Source: Rickettsiales bacterium (GTDB lineage Bacteria > Pseudomonadota > Alphaproteobacteria > Rickettsiales > CANDYO01). Taken from it: a stretch of 64,000 nt of DNA. The translations under genes and the position numbers were made by a program. The stretch covers positions 21,168-85,167 of the forward strand of contig OZ245841.1 in the NCBI GenBank assembly GCA_965228885.1, written 5' to 3'. The notes under the pieces are model-generated. The model had not been told where the DNA came from, did no database searches, and saw only the letters and a program-made list of their open reading frames with translations. This document shows, in pieces, positions 48,931-60,008 of this stretch (its first letter is position 1; each line of letters begins with the position of its first letter).

Positions 48931-50046
48931 TTATATTGTATATAACGAACCTCCGTAACTTGCAACCCTTGCTCCGGTAACATTTGGAATAGTAACGGAT
49001 AAACCGTAGAGACTGCGCACGGCCAAATATGCAAAAATCTCCGCCTCCATATAAACGCTATCCCAACCAATTTCACTTGCTAATTTAATATCAACCACAC
49101 CAAACTTGTCATTTAAATATTGCTTAAGAAACTTTAAAATAACTGAATTATTCCACCCTCCTCCTGCTAATACCCATTTTCTTGGAGCATTCATATCCAC
49201 ATTGTCTGTAATACATTTAGCTGTGAGAGCCTCTAATGTAGCACATCCGTCATAAATACTTAAAACATCTAATTCTTCAATTAAATGAAACTCCCCTGAG
49301 TCTAAAGACTTTGACGCTTTACTTTCAAGATATGATTGTATAAAAGTAATCATCTTATCTAAAATAACTTGATCAACCACTCCCTTTGATCCATATTTCC
49401 CATCTAAATCCATAAATTCTTGGTTATTAGTTTTTTCACGAATATAACGATCAATTAGAACATTACCAGGACCGGTATCAAAACCCATAACTTGGTTTTC
49501 ACTACCTCCATTGATGATTGTGATATTAGATATTCCACCACAATTCACCACCACCACTGGGAAATAAGAATCCCTTAATGCTAAAGCATGATGATAAAGA
49601 GGAGCTAAAGGAGCACCCTGTCCACCATTTCTAATATCATCACTGCGAAAATCATTTACAACTTTAATACCAGTTAAATCTGCTAATAATTGCCCATCAC
49701 CTATTTGAATGGTTATCCCCTCTGCGGGGTTATGGTAAAGAGTTTGCCCGTGATATCCTATAACATCAATATCTTTAGGTAATAAATTAGCCTTCTTGAG
49801 TAATTCTTTCACTATTATAGCGTGAAATTCTGTAGACTTATTTATAACCTCCAAAGAGGCTATATTTTTTTTAGCATCTCTTACAGCTAGCTCTGCCTCT
49901 CTAAGTTTTAACTTAAACTCATCATCATAAGAAATAGATGCAGTTACTTTAGGCTTTATAATCTTCTTGCCATCAGTTTCCATGAGCACAGCATCTATAC
50001 CATCCATAGAAGTTCCACTCATTAAACCTATGCTTTTTAAAATCAT
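48931..50046 (-). CDS. anmK: Anhydro-N-acetylmuramic acid kinase
   Basis: IGLMSGTSMDGID, GYHGQTL, DFRSDD...GGQGAPLAP, NCGGISN, FDTGPGN. Confidence 0.95.
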   Translation of the reverse strand: MILKSIGLMSGTSMDGIDAVLMETDGKKIIKPKVTASISYDDEFKLKLREAELAVRDAKKNIASLEVINKSTEFHAIIVKELLKKANLLPKDIDVIGYHGQTLYHNPAEGITIQIGDGQLLADLTGIKVVNDFRSDDIRNGGQGAPLAPLYHHALALRDSYFPVVVVNCGGISNITIINGGSENQVMGFDTGPGNVLIDRYIREKTNNQEFMDLDGKYGSKGVVDQVILDKMITFIQSYLESKASKSLDSGEFHLIEELDVLSIYDGCATLEALTAKCITDNVDMNAPRKWVLAGGGWNNSVILKFLKQYLNDKFGVVDIKLASEIGWDSVYMEAEIFAYLAVRSLYGLSVTIPNVTGARVASYGGSLYTI

Positions 50047-50053
50047 AACAGAC

Positions 50054-52093
50054 CTATTGTTTAACTTCTTTGCCTATAATATTTTCTGCTTCTAAAGCAT
50101 TCTTGGGAGCCACCCCATTAAGTATAAGATTAGCTCCTTCTAAATCTTCATCTATAGGCTGAGCTCTTCCTCCTAGAACTTTTGCTAGAAATTGTTCTGC
50201 TAAAGCATAGAATGATATTCTATTTTCTGGTCTTGCAAAACCATGCCCTTCATCAGGATATAAAGCATAAACCACAGGAATATTTTTACTCTGCATTTTT
50301 TCTACAATCTGATCAGATTCTATCTGATTTACTCTAGGATCATTAGCTCCTTGAGCAATAAGAAGAGGTTTTTTTATATTATCTACAAATGATATTGGAG
50401 AAACTTGCAACAAAGCTTGTTTGTCTTCCTCAGTCTCCCAAGGCCCCATCCATTTCTTCATTGCATTCAAATATGGCCCCCAATACGGAGGAACATTTTC
50501 TAATAAAGTAACAAGATTAGCTGGGCCAACAATATCAACTGCGCAAGCAAACACATCTGGAGTCATCGTAAGACCAACTAAGGCAGCATAACCACCATAA
50601 CTTCCTCCATAAATTGATATTTTTTTAGGGTTGGCTATTTTATTAGATATAGCCCAATTTACCGCATCTATTAAATCATCATGCATTTTCTTCCCCCATT
50701 GCCCATTACCAGCATTCAGAAAGTCTTTGCCAAAACCTGAAGAAGCACGATAATTAACACTCAAGACTGCATATCCACGATTAGCTAACCATTGATGTTC
50801 AGGATCAAATCCCCAATAATCCCTTAATCTTGGTCCACCATGAACATTAAGAACCAATGGAAGGGGATTCTCTGGCTGCATAGAATTATTTAATTTAATA
50901 TTTCTTGGAAATGTAATATAGCTAACCAAATCTAAACCATCCCTAGACTTTATAATCACTGGATACATTTTTGCCAATTTATATTGATCTAACATAGATC
51001 TGTGGCTAAATAAGAAGTTAGCTGTTTTTTTATCTCTATCATATTGGTAATATTTAATAGAAGCATCATCAGACATAATCACCACTATCCAATGCTTATC
51101 ATCTATACTACGACTCCCTATTATTATCTCTCCACCGTTTGCAACAGATTCTAAGTAAAGCATATCATCTTTAATAGAATCATCTAATAACTTATACTCA
51201 CTTTTTAAATAAGTAGTTCCTATTGCCTGGATAATATTTTTAGTAGGGTGAGAAGTGAAAATATTTACATCAGATTTATCATCTTTGGCTATTATATTTT
51301 CTTCTCCGGTTTCTAAGTTTATAGACTTCAAAGCTGCAGTATTGAGGTTACGACTGTCTGACAAATAAAGAACATTCCCATCTTCACTGAAACCATAAAG
51401 ATTTGTGCTTGTTATGTCATCAAAAGGCACCTCCATAAATGGCTGCCAAGAGTTATCTTCAAACTTAAAATATTCTCTTCCACCATTTTCAGCAATAAAA
51501 CTAGCAAAACGTATTTGTAGATCTTCATCAATAATTACATCATCGAATTTAGTATTTTCTAAAACTAACTCTCTGTTGCCAGTAGTTAAATTATATTTAT
51601 AAATATCAAAATATTGTTTATCTCTTTCATTAGTAGAAATCAGTGCCTCATTTGGGAACCTATGACTAACATAAGAAACATAAGCTCTCACAGCAGTTTC
51701 TGGAGTCAACAATTCTGTTACACCTGTCTCTATATTAATCGAATAAACACGATAATTCTCATCACCTTTATTATCAAGAGAATAGAGAAGATGTTTATTA
51801 TCATAAGCCCATGTATAATTCCTAATTCCTCTAGTATCATCATCTGTTATTACCTTAGCAGAATCTATATCATCTCTAGGAGCAAGCCAAATATTTAACA
51901 CACCATTGCTTGGCGCAATATAACTTATGTATTCTCCATTGGGACTAATTCTTGCTGCAAACTTATCTGGATTACCAAATAAAACACTACGTGGAATAAT
52001 AGGATCTATAACTTGATTAGATCTATTTATAAATAAATAACTTATAAAAATTAAAGATATGATAAGTATAATTGAAATGATTTTAAGGCGCAT
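50054..52093 (-). CDS. S9 family peptidase (acylaminoacyl/dipeptidyl peptidase-like)
   Basis: N-terminal anchor, beta-propeller region, VHGGP, nucleophile GGSYGG, GANDPRV, DEGHGF. Confidence 0.93.
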   Translation of the reverse strand: MRLKIISIILIISLIFISYLFINRSNQVIDPIIPRSVLFGNPDKFAARISPNGEYISYIAPSNGVLNIWLAPRDDIDSAKVITDDDTRGIRNYTWAYDNKHLLYSLDNKGDENYRVYSINIETGVTELLTPETAVRAYVSYVSHRFPNEALISTNERDKQYFDIYKYNLTTGNRELVLENTKFDDVIIDEDLQIRFASFIAENGGREYFKFEDNSWQPFMEVPFDDITSTNLYGFSEDGNVLYLSDSRNLNTAALKSINLETGEENIIAKDDKSDVNIFTSHPTKNIIQAIGTTYLKSEYKLLDDSIKDDMLYLESVANGGEIIIGSRSIDDKHWIVVIMSDDASIKYYQYDRDKKTANFLFSHRSMLDQYKLAKMYPVIIKSRDGLDLVSYITFPRNIKLNNSMQPENPLPLVLNVHGGPRLRDYWGFDPEHQWLANRGYAVLSVNYRASSGFGKDFLNAGNGQWGKKMHDDLIDAVNWAISNKIANPKKISIYGGSYGGYAALVGLTMTPDVFACAVDIVGPANLVTLLENVPPYWGPYLNAMKKWMGPWETEEDKQALLQVSPISFVDNIKKPLLIAQGANDPRVNQIESDQIVEKMQSKNIPVVYALYPDEGHGFARPENRISFYALAEQFLAKVLGGRAQPIDEDLEGANLILNGVAPKNALEAENIIGKEVKQ

Positions 52094-52163
52094 GGATTGA
52101 CACTATTTTAATAAAATTTAATATCAACCCATTCTATCTTAAAGATATAAAAAAACAATTATT

Positions 52164-53306
52164 TTAGCTAAAAATATTTTTTATCTTCTTAAAAAACCCT
52201 TCTGATTGAGGACTAGAGCCAGCTGTTTCTAATTCAGCAAACTCCTTCAATAACTCTTTTTGCTTGTCTGTTATTTTTATAGGAGTTTCAATCATTGCAT
52301 GAATATACATGTCTCCTCTACTTTTACTATGAATACGAAGCATACCTTTGCCTTTAAGTCTAAACTTAGCTTCGTTTTGAGTGCCTGCAGGAATTACAAA
52401 TTTCACAGAACCGCCATCAATACAAGGAACTTCAATACTACCACCTAAAATAGCTGTAGTCATTTTGATAGGAATTCTACAATGCAAATTCACCCCATCC
52501 CTTTCATAAAGTTGATGCTTTTTAATATTGACAAAAACATATAAATCACCAGCTTGTCCGCCTCTAATTCCGGATTCACCTTCTCCACTCAAACGAATAC
52601 GATTTCCATCTTCAATCCCAGCTGGAATAGTCACTGAGAGATTCTTCTCTCTTTGAACCCTTCCTTCACCTCTACAGCTTCCACATGGATTTTTAATCTT
52701 CTTACCTATTCCATTACAAACATGACAAGTGCGCTCTACCGTGAAGAATCCCTGTTGAGCTCTAATAGAGCCTCTCCCATTACAAGCATTACATCTTTCA
52801 GGCTGCCCTTTGTCGGCACTTCCAGTAGCATTGCAAGTTTGACATGAAGCCGCACAATTAAACTTAATTTTAGTTTTTTTACCTTGGAAAGCTTCCTCTA
52901 AAGAAATTTCTATGTTATATCTAAGATCAGCCCCTTTCATATTAAAGCTTTGGCTGCGTCTTCCTCCGCCTCCGCCCATTAGATCTTCAAATATATCTCC
53001 AAACATATCAGAGAATCCTGCGCCTCCCGGGTGGAACCCTCCACCTCCAAAGCCACCTGCGCCACCTCTAGGACCTGCGCCTTGTTCAAAGGCAGAATGA
53101 CCATAACTATCATAAGCAGCCCGTTTTTGAGCATCACTTAAAACTTCATACGCTTCAGTAGCTTGTTTAAACTTAACCTCTGCTTCCTTGTCATTAGGAT
53201 TACGGTCAGGATGATATTTCATAGCCAATTTACGATACGACTTTTTAATTTCATCTGCATTAGCTTTTTTATCCACACCCAAAATTTTATAAAAATCTTC
53301 TTTCAT
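52164..53306 (-). CDS. dnaJ: Chaperone DnaJ
   Basis: J domain with HPD, G/F region, four CxxCxGxG-type repeats. Confidence 0.98.
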   Translation of the reverse strand: MKEDFYKILGVDKKANADEIKKSYRKLAMKYHPDRNPNDKEAEVKFKQATEAYEVLSDAQKRAAYDSYGHSAFEQGAGPRGGAGGFGGGGFHPGGAGFSDMFGDIFEDLMGGGGGRRSQSFNMKGADLRYNIEISLEEAFQGKKTKIKFNCAASCQTCNATGSADKGQPERCNACNGRGSIRAQQGFFTVERTCHVCNGIGKKIKNPCGSCRGEGRVQREKNLSVTIPAGIEDGNRIRLSGEGESGIRGGQAGDLYVFVNIKKHQLYERDGVNLHCRIPIKMTTAILGGSIEVPCIDGGSVKFVIPAGTQNEAKFRLKGKGMLRIHSKSRGDMYIHAMIETPIKITDKQKELLKEFAELETAGSSPQSEGFFKKIKNIFS

Positions 53307-53338
53307 ACTTAACCATAACCCTATTGTTATTAACGCAC

Positions 53339-53379
53339 AAAATCACCATCTCAGAATTAAAACCAAAAATGGTGATTTT
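53339..53379. terminator. Inverted repeat (11-bp stem) between dnaK and dnaJ; possible terminator or mRNA stabiliser
   Basis: AAAATCACCAT-N19-ATGGTGATTTT. Confidence 0.45.
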
Positions 53380-53405
53380 TTATTATTATATAAGAAATAC
53401 TTTAA

Positions 53406-55340
53406 TTACTTCTTATCTTTTTCGTCTTCATCTCCTTTTACTTCTTCAAACTCAGCATCAACTACTTTAGCATCATCTGGATTTGAAGACTCTTCATTTG
53501 GCTCACTACCAGGCTGTGACTCTGCCCCAGCTTGTTGATCTTTATACATCATTTCACCAATTTTCATAGAAGACTGCATTAAGCTCTCTGTTTTAGCTTT
53601 CATATCCTCAGGATCATTACCTTCTATTGACTTCTTAAGCTCAGCAATATCTGATTCTATCTTTTCTTTTTCTTCAGAAGATATTTTATCTCCATATTCC
53701 TTTAAGTTCTTTTCAGTATTGTAAATCATACTATCAGCATGATTTTTAGCTTCAATGATTGCTTTCTGCTTTTTATCCTCCTCAGCATTAGCTTCTGCAT
53801 CTTTAACCATTTGATTGATCTCATCTTCAGACAATCCACCAGAAGATTGAATTGTAATTTTCTGCTCTTTGCCGCTTGCCTTATCCTTTGCAGTTACACT
53901 AACAATACCATTAGCATCAATATCAAAGGAAACTTCAATTTGTGGCATCCCTCTTGGAGCAGAAGGAATTCCTTCCAAATTAAATTGCCCTAATAATTTA
54001 TTATGAGCAGCCATTTCTCTTTCCCCTTGGAAAACTTTAATTGTCACCGCTGTTTGGTTATCTTCAGCTGTTGAGAAAGTTTGGCTCTTGTTAGTTGGAA
54101 TTGTTGTATTACGATCAATTAGTTTTGTCATAATACCACCCATGGTTTCAATACCAAGTGACAAAGGAGTAACGTCTAAAAGAATAACATCCTTCACGTC
54201 GCCTCTTAGTACACCACCTTGAATTGCTGCTCCAAGTGCTACAACTTCATCAGGATTAACACCTTTATGAGGATCACGCCCAAAGAATTCTTTCACTTTT
54301 TGAATAACTCTAGGCATCCTGCTCATACCACCAACGAGAACAACATCCTGAACATCTTTTACAGATAATCCGGCATCTTTTAATGCTTTGCGGCAAGGCT
54401 CAATAGTTCTTTCAACTAAATCATCCACTAAACTTTCTAATTTAGAACGAGACATTTTAATTAATAAATGCTTAGGTCCACTAGAATCAGCTGTAATATA
54501 TGGCAAATTAATCTCTGTTTCTAAAGAGCTTGATAATTCAATTTTTGCTTTCTCAGCAGCTTCTTTTAATCTTTGTAAAGCTAAAGGATCTTTCTTTAAA
54601 TCAATACCATTTTCTTTCTTAAACTCATCTGCTAAGAAGTCTAAAATGCGCATATCGAAGTCTTCACCACCCAAGAAGGTATCTCCATTAGTAGATTTAA
54701 CTTCAAATACACCGTCGCCTATTTCAAGCATCGACACATCGAATGTACCACCACCAAGATCGTAAACGGCAATTGTTTTATTAGCAGATTTATCCAAACC
54801 ATAAGCTAAAGCTGCTGCTGTTGGCTCGTTAATAATACGTAAAACTTCCAAACCAGCAATTTTACCTGCATCTTTAGTAGCCTGACGTTGAGCGTCGTTA
54901 AAGTAAGCCGGTACAGTAATAACTGCTTTTGTAACTTTCTCACCCAAAAAACTTTCTGCTGTTTCTTTCATTTTCTGCAAGATAAAAGCGCTTATTTGAC
55001 TAGGAGAATATTTTTCATCTCTAACTTTAACCCATGCATCACCATTAGTTGCTTCTATAATATTATACGGAACCAAATCCATATCTTTTTTAGTTGTCGG
55101 GTCATTAAATCTACGGCCAATAAGACGCTTAATAGCAAATAAAGTATTTTTAGGATTAGTTACAGCCTGTCTCTTCGCAGAATTACCTACTAGCTTTTCT
55201 CCAGATTCAGTCATTGCCACCATTGAAGGAGTTGTTCTAGCTCCTTCTGCGTTTTCAATTACCTTTGGGTCCTTGCCTTCCATAATTGCAACACAAGAAT
55301 TAGTAGTACCTAAATCAATACCTAAAATATAATTTGACAT
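53406..55340 (-). CDS. dnaK: Chaperone DnaK
   Basis: True start [15 protein letters not shown] at 55340; the track's extension to 55514 runs through tRNA-Val. [22 protein letters not shown] motifs. Confidence 0.98.
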   Translation of the reverse strand: MSNYILGIDLGTTNSCVAIMEGKDPKVIENAEGARTTPSMVAMTESGEKLVGNSAKRQAVTNPKNTLFAIKRLIGRRFNDPTTKKDMDLVPYNIIEATNGDAWVKVRDEKYSPSQISAFILQKMKETAESFLGEKVTKAVITVPAYFNDAQRQATKDAGKIAGLEVLRIINEPTAAALAYGLDKSANKTIAVYDLGGGTFDVSMLEIGDGVFEVKSTNGDTFLGGEDFDMRILDFLADEFKKENGIDLKKDPLALQRLKEAAEKAKIELSSSLETEINLPYITADSSGPKHLLIKMSRSKLESLVDDLVERTIEPCRKALKDAGLSVKDVQDVVLVGGMSRMPRVIQKVKEFFGRDPHKGVNPDEVVALGAAIQGGVLRGDVKDVILLDVTPLSLGIETMGGIMTKLIDRNTTIPTNKSQTFSTAEDNQTAVTIKVFQGEREMAAHNKLLGQFNLEGIPSAPRGMPQIEVSFDIDANGIVSVTAKDKASGKEQKITIQSSGGLSEDEINQMVKDAEANAEEDKKQKAIIEAKNHADSMIYNTEKNLKEYGDKISSEEKEKIESDIAELKKSIEGNDPEDMKAKTESLMQSSMKIGEMMYKDQQAGAESQPGSEPNEESSNPDDAKVVDAEFEEVKGDEDEKDKK

Positions 55341-55391
55341 TTTTGTTCCTCTTTTAAATATATAAAAATTATTATTTGTTACATAAAGTAC

Positions 55392-55419
55392 ATATAGGAA
55401 GTGTTTTTCTTTATACAAG
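55392..55419 (-). promoter_or_regulatory. RpoH (sigma32) promoter of dnaK
   Basis: CTTG-N17-CCTATAT on the minus strand, matching the alphaproteobacterial heat-shock consensus, about 50 nt upstream of the dnaK ATG. Confidence 0.75.
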
Positions 55420-55453
55420 TGGGGGAAGAAAAAAATATTAGAATTTTTAAGGG

Positions 55454-55529
55454 TGGTGGGCGATGACAGATTCGAACTGCCGACCACCTCGGTGTAAACG
55501 AGGCGCTCTACCAACTGAGCTAATCGCCC
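55454..55529 (-). tRNA. tRNA-Val (TAC)
   Basis: Reverse complement gggcgattagctcagttggtagagcg-cctcg-ttTACac-cgagg...gttcgaatc...cgcccacca. Confidence 0.97.
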
Positions 55530-55629
55530 TTAAGAGACCAATTTTATATACTAAAAATTTATACTCTGCAATAGATTATATTCAAATTATGTGAAAATAT
55601 ATTTCTAAGAATTAAAATAGCATACATAA

Positions 55630-55644
55630 TTAACCAATTATTAA
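55630..55644. promoter_or_regulatory. CtrA-like box TTAA-N7-TTAA
   Basis: TTAAccaattaTTAA, 49 nt upstream of the ATG at 55694. Confidence 0.3.
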
Positions 55645-55693
55645 TTATACTCAAAGTATAATTTGATATAAACTTTTAAGAGAATATCATTCA

Positions 55694-56464
55694 ATGAAAC
55701 AAACAGCAGCACTCTTTACTAAAAACTCTAAAGCATTATTTAAAGCTGGACAAATAACAGCAGGTAATACTATTAAAAAAACTGGGCAGCAAACATATAA
55801 GGAAATCAACACCGTTGCGAAAGGCTCTATAGCAACCGCAAAACTTGCCGTCAAGGGAGCTACAGTTTTTGGTACAGTTACAGGCGCAAAAGAAGGAACA
55901 AACAGAGTTATAAATTATACACAAGGGACCACAGAATCTTCTACTACATTTTCTCTAGAAGAATGTCAGAAACAAACACAAGAATTAGATTCACAAACAC
56001 GCATTAAACAACAGATGCAAAATTTTAAAACCACCACAGAGAACACTATCGAAAATCTTGGAGAAAGAATAGAAAAATATTATACTGAATACGACGAGCA
56101 AAAAGTTGATAAATCAATAAGTAAAATACCTGTAGCCTCAGGTGTAGTTGCTGGAGTATCAAAAACAACAGGATCAAAAGAAATAGTAGCAGCATCTGCA
56201 GCTACTATCGATTTAATATCTGCTGCTGGCCCTGTAGCCATAGCAAGCATTGTTCAAAATGGAGTTGAGAAGGTAACTGAAGAAGCTGTCTTTACTGCTG
56301 GAAAATTAGTAATCGACACTTATAAAAAATATCAAACGGAACAACTCTCATCTAAAATAAAAGATACCCTTGAGCCAAAAATTACTCCTATAAGCAACAA
56401 AATAGAGTCACCGGCAACAACTCCAGCTCAAAAGAAACAGACTAGCAAATCAATGAGTATATAA
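55694..56464 (+). CDS. Hypothetical Ala/Thr/Gly-rich protein
   Basis: 256-aa ORF with small-residue hydrophobic stretches; ends TTPAQKKQTSKSMSI. Confidence 0.7.
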   Translation: MKQTAALFTKNSKALFKAGQITAGNTIKKTGQQTYKEINTVAKGSIATAKLAVKGATVFGTVTGAKEGTNRVINYTQGTTESSTTFSLEECQKQTQELDSQTRIKQQMQNFKTTTENTIENLGERIEKYYTEYDEQKVDKSISKIPVASGVVAGVSKTTGSKEIVAASAATIDLISAAGPVAIASIVQNGVEKVTEEAVFTAGKLVIDTYKKYQTEQLSSKIKDTLEPKITPISNKIESPATTPAQKKQTSKSMSI

Positions 56465-56468
56465 AATT

Positions 56469-56762
56469 ATGAAAGAACAAATAGATAACCATATCAAAAC
56501 CATTTATACAGCATATCAGAATTCTCCTGAGCTCAGCGATAAAATGTTGCTTAGCACAATCCCAGAACATGTAAGTACAAAAGATTTTAATACTGCAAAA
56601 GGAATTGTTGAGAAGGCAGCTACAAATCCTCAATATGCTAACCTAGCAAACTCTGTAGCTAGAGCTATGGAGGGACTAAGGAGTATTCACACCCAAGCCC
56701 CAAATACAAGTACATATACTATAATGGGGTTAGCGGCAAAAACCGTAGGTAACTCTCGCTAA
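56469..56762 (+). CDS. Small hypothetical protein
   Basis: 97-aa ORF starting 4 nt after the previous stop, so probably co-transcribed. Confidence 0.55.
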   Translation: MKEQIDNHIKTIYTAYQNSPELSDKMLLSTIPEHVSTKDFNTAKGIVEKAATNPQYANLANSVARAMEGLRSIHTQAPNTSTYTIMGLAAKTVGNSR

Positions 56763-56768
56763 AATCAG

Positions 56769-58115
56769 TTAATCCACAGTAACACCCAACTTACCATCAT
56801 GAAATTCAGCTGTTAACTTATCACCAGACTTAGCTTGATCAACTGAAGTGATAGCATTATTATCTTTGCTTACTATAATAGAAAAGCCACGTTCTAAAGT
56901 TTTCTTATAGCTATAACTATCTAATAAGGATCCAGTGAGCTTTAATTTCTGCAAAGAATTATTATAACAGATATCGCCAGCTCTATGTAACCTATTGGAG
57001 GCTTGCAACAACCTCTGCTCCGCCATTTTCATTATATCTTTAGGGTGTTTCAAACGGAGACTAAGAGTATTAAGTTTATTAGCCCTCAATTCACAATATC
57101 TAGTTCTTGAATTTACAAATCTAAGAGACAAATCATCCAATCTTTGAACGAAATGATTCAAAATACTTTCGTAATTAGGCAGAGACTTTTTTAACATCTG
57201 CAGTTTATTTTTTCTAAATTCAAAATATTTTGTTAAAGCATATTCTGCCCTATTAATAATACTACGAATATTTATAGAAATATTGCTCAATACAGGTATT
57301 GCCATTTCAGCCGCAGCTGTAGGAGTTGGCGCTCTTAAATCAGCCACAAAATCCAAAAGAGTGAAGTCTGTTTCATGACCAATAGCAGAAATAAGAGGAA
57401 TCTTTGAATTATACGCAGCTCTCACCACATTTTCCTCATTAAATGACCATAAGTCTTCAACTGAGCCACCACCTCTGGCAACTATAATAACATCTGGTTT
57501 ATTTTCCATATTATTAAAACCAGCAATAGCTTCACTAACCTGATTAGATGATTTTTCTCCCTGAACCAAAACCGGCCATAATAAAACATGGCTTGGAAAC
57601 CGGTCTTTAATTCTATGAATTATATCTTGAATAACAGCGCCAGTGGGAGAGGTGATAATTCCAATTCTTTTTGGGAGATAAGGAACTTTCTTCTTTTTAT
57701 CAGCATCAAATAATCCTTCTTTGGCAAACTGAGCCTTACGCTTTTCAAGCATCTCCATCAATGCTCCTATGCCCGCATGCTCAACTTTTTCTACCACTAA
57801 CTGATATTTAGACTGCCCTGGATAAGTTGTAATCTTCCCTATGCAGATAAGCTCCATTCCTTCTTTAGGTTTAACTGCTAAATTAGCAAAAACCCCTCTC
57901 CAACAAACAGAAGCTAAAGTTGCGTTATCATCTTTTAGAGAAAAATAAGCATGACCCGAAGGAGCAAGTTTGAATCCTGAAACCTCTCCACGAATTTTTA
58001 CATAGGAAAATTCATTCTCCACCACAGATTTTAAACGATAAGAGATCTGGCTCACCGTATATTCAGGTGGAAGCATCACAGCAATAGCTTTGATTGATTC
58101 AGAGAATCCTTTCAT
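56769..58115 (-). CDS. xseA: Exodeoxyribonuclease VII large subunit
   Basis: EYTVSQIS, RGEVSGF...SGHAYFSLKD, IGIITSPTGAVIQD, ARGGGSVEDLWSFNEE, TPTAAAE. Confidence 0.96.
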   Translation of the reverse strand: MKGFSESIKAIAVMLPPEYTVSQISYRLKSVVENEFSYVKIRGEVSGFKLAPSGHAYFSLKDDNATLASVCWRGVFANLAVKPKEGMELICIGKITTYPGQSKYQLVVEKVEHAGIGALMEMLEKRKAQFAKEGLFDADKKKKVPYLPKRIGIITSPTGAVIQDIIHRIKDRFPSHVLLWPVLVQGEKSSNQVSEAIAGFNNMENKPDVIIVARGGGSVEDLWSFNEENVVRAAYNSKIPLISAIGHETDFTLLDFVADLRAPTPTAAAEMAIPVLSNISINIRSIINRAEYALTKYFEFRKNKLQMLKKSLPNYESILNHFVQRLDDLSLRFVNSRTRYCELRANKLNTLSLRLKHPKDIMKMAEQRLLQASNRLHRAGDICYNNSLQKLKLTGSLLDSYSYKKTLERGFSIIVSKDNNAITSVDQAKSGDKLTAEFHDGKLGVTVD

Positions 58116-58651
58116 TACTTAGCCAATTCTAACCCTTCTAATATAACTTTTTTTGCAGCCATTTCATCTTCCCAGCCTGCAACTTTAACCCATTTACCTT
58201 TTTCTAAAGCTTTATAATTCTCAAAGAAATGCTTTATTCTGTTTATAAGAACTTCTGGCAAATCTTTATATGATTGAATATTAGAAAAATATGGATCAAG
58301 TTTAGTGGTTGGCACTGCAAGAACTTTTTCATCCATTCCTGATTCATCTTCCATCATCAACACACCAATTGGTCTTGCTTTAATAACAGCACCAGGAATA
58401 ATTGGATTATTAGCTATAACTAATACATCCACAGGATCTCCATCTTTTGATAAAGTACATGGCACAAAACCATAATTACATGGATAAAACATTGCTGTTT
58501 GAACAAAGCGATCAACCATGATCGCTCCAGCATCTTTATCAAATTCATATTTTACAGGATCACTTCCCATAGGAACTTCAATAATCACATTCACTTCTTC
58601 AGGAGCATTTTTGCCTGCACCAATTTTATTTATATCCATTATATTCTCCAA
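58115..58651 (-). CDS. ppa: Inorganic pyrophosphatase (family I)
   Basis: KYEFDK, YPCNYG, DGDPVDVL, DESGMDEK. Confidence 0.96.
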   Translation of the reverse strand: MENIMDINKIGAGKNAPEEVNVIIEVPMGSDPVKYEFDKDAGAIMVDRFVQTAMFYPCNYGFVPCTLSKDGDPVDVLVIANNPIIPGAVIKARPIGVLMMEDESGMDEKVLAVPTTKLDPYFSNIQSYKDLPEVLINRIKHFFENYKALEKGKWVKVAGWEDEMAAKKVILEGLELAK

Positions 58652-58785
58652 TTTATTTAATTAATTACTCACTCTTCAGTAAAAAACATCCAAGACAAAA
58701 GGTCAAGCTTATAATACATCCAAGGCTGTATATTATGATCTATAAACAAGGAATCAGAACCTACCAAAGGATGGATATAACTCTC

Positions 58786-59013
58786 TCAATAATTATGGAT
58801 GGAGAAAAATATCTCAATACCAACAGTTTCAAAGAAATTTTGTAAACCAAGTTTATTTGCAATATTATGCAAAACTAAATTCACAGAAGATTTATATGCT
58901 AACTTCAATTCGTTGTTATCATGAGGATAAGGAAGAGCAGTATTATTAAAACATGACTGCATCAAACTATGAGTACCTTCATGGAGGAAAACTGACAGAT
59001 CATCCGTTACCAC
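58786..59013 (-). pseudogene. Fragment with an HExxH zinc-metalloprotease motif
   Basis: VFLHEGTHSLMQSCFNNTALPYP in a short, stop-bounded ORF between ppa and trxB. Confidence 0.5.
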
Positions 59014-59052
59014 CTTGGTAAGTAAAAAAACTCAACAATACTAAAAAGCGCT

Positions 59053-60006
59053 TTATTTATCACTTAAAGAATTATCTAAAAACTTCCCAGCTTCTAAAGC
59101 AGACATACAACCCGTTCCAGCTGCAGTAACTGCCTGACGATAAATTTTATCCTGCACATCACCACAAGCAAATACACCTGGTATACTAGTTTGAGTGCTG
59201 TCTGGCTTAGTGATAATATATCCTTCATTATCTAGTTCAAGCTGACCAACAACTAAAGCAGTATTAGGACTATGACCAATAGCAATAAATACCCCATCTA
59301 TATCCATCTGATAAACTTCATTAGTTAGAGTATCTTTAAGCTTCACTCCTGTAACATTCTTAGGCTGCTCATCACCCAATACTTCCTCTAAAACAGTATT
59401 CCAAAGAACTTTTATTTTTGGATGTTTTAGCAATCTATCTTGAAGAATTTTTTCAGCTCTTAACTCATCTCTACGATGAACTAAAATAACTTCACTAGCA
59501 TGATGAGTAAGATGCAAAGCTTCTTCAACAGCCGTATTGCCTCCACCAATTACAATCACTTTCTTATTACGGAAGAAAAATCCATCACAAGTAGCGCATC
59601 CAGAAACTCCAAAACCTTGAAACTTAGCTTCGCTTGGAAGCCCCATCCATTTAGCTTGAGCTCCAGTGGCTAAGACTATACTATCCGCAGTGTAAACCAC
59701 ATCAGACTCAGTAGTTATAGAAAAAGGCTTTGTTTTCAAATCAATATTAGTTACATAATCATTAACTATTGCAGTGCCAACATTAGCTGCCTGATCTGCC
59801 ATTTGCTCCATAAGCCATGGCCCTTGAATTGTATCCGCAAATCCTGGATAATTTTCTACATCAGTAGTAATAGATAATTGACCACCAGGCTGAGTTCCTG
59901 TAATTAACATTGGCTCTAAACTAGCTCTTGCTGCATAAATTGCAGCAGTATATCCTGCAGGTCCAGAACCAATAATTATTATTTTACGATGATTAGATTC
60001 ACTCAT
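59053..60006 (-). CDS. trxB: Thioredoxin reductase
   Basis: IIGSGPAGYTAAIY, GVSGCATCDGFFF, GGGNTAVEEA, GDVQD..YRQAVTAAG.GC. Confidence 0.98.
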   Translation of the reverse strand: MSESNHRKIIIIGSGPAGYTAAIYAARASLEPMLITGTQPGGQLSITTDVENYPGFADTIQGPWLMEQMADQAANVGTAIVNDYVTNIDLKTKPFSITTESDVVYTADSIVLATGAQAKWMGLPSEAKFQGFGVSGCATCDGFFFRNKKVIVIGGGNTAVEEALHLTHHASEVILVHRRDELRAEKILQDRLLKHPKIKVLWNTVLEEVLGDEQPKNVTGVKLKDTLTNEVYQMDIDGVFIAIGHSPNTALVVGQLELDNEGYIITKPDSTQTSIPGVFACGDVQDKIYRQAVTAAGTGCMSALEAGKFLDNSLSDK

Positions 60007-60008
60007 AA

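Noticed and set aside
55341-55453. CIRCE/HrcA operator upstream of dnaK
   Set aside because: No TTAGCACTC-N9-GAGTGCTAA is present; only an RpoH-type promoter is seen.
55341-55514. Apparent 58-aa N-terminal extension of DnaK
   Set aside because: It reads through tRNA-Val and the RpoH promoter; the canonical start is at 55340.
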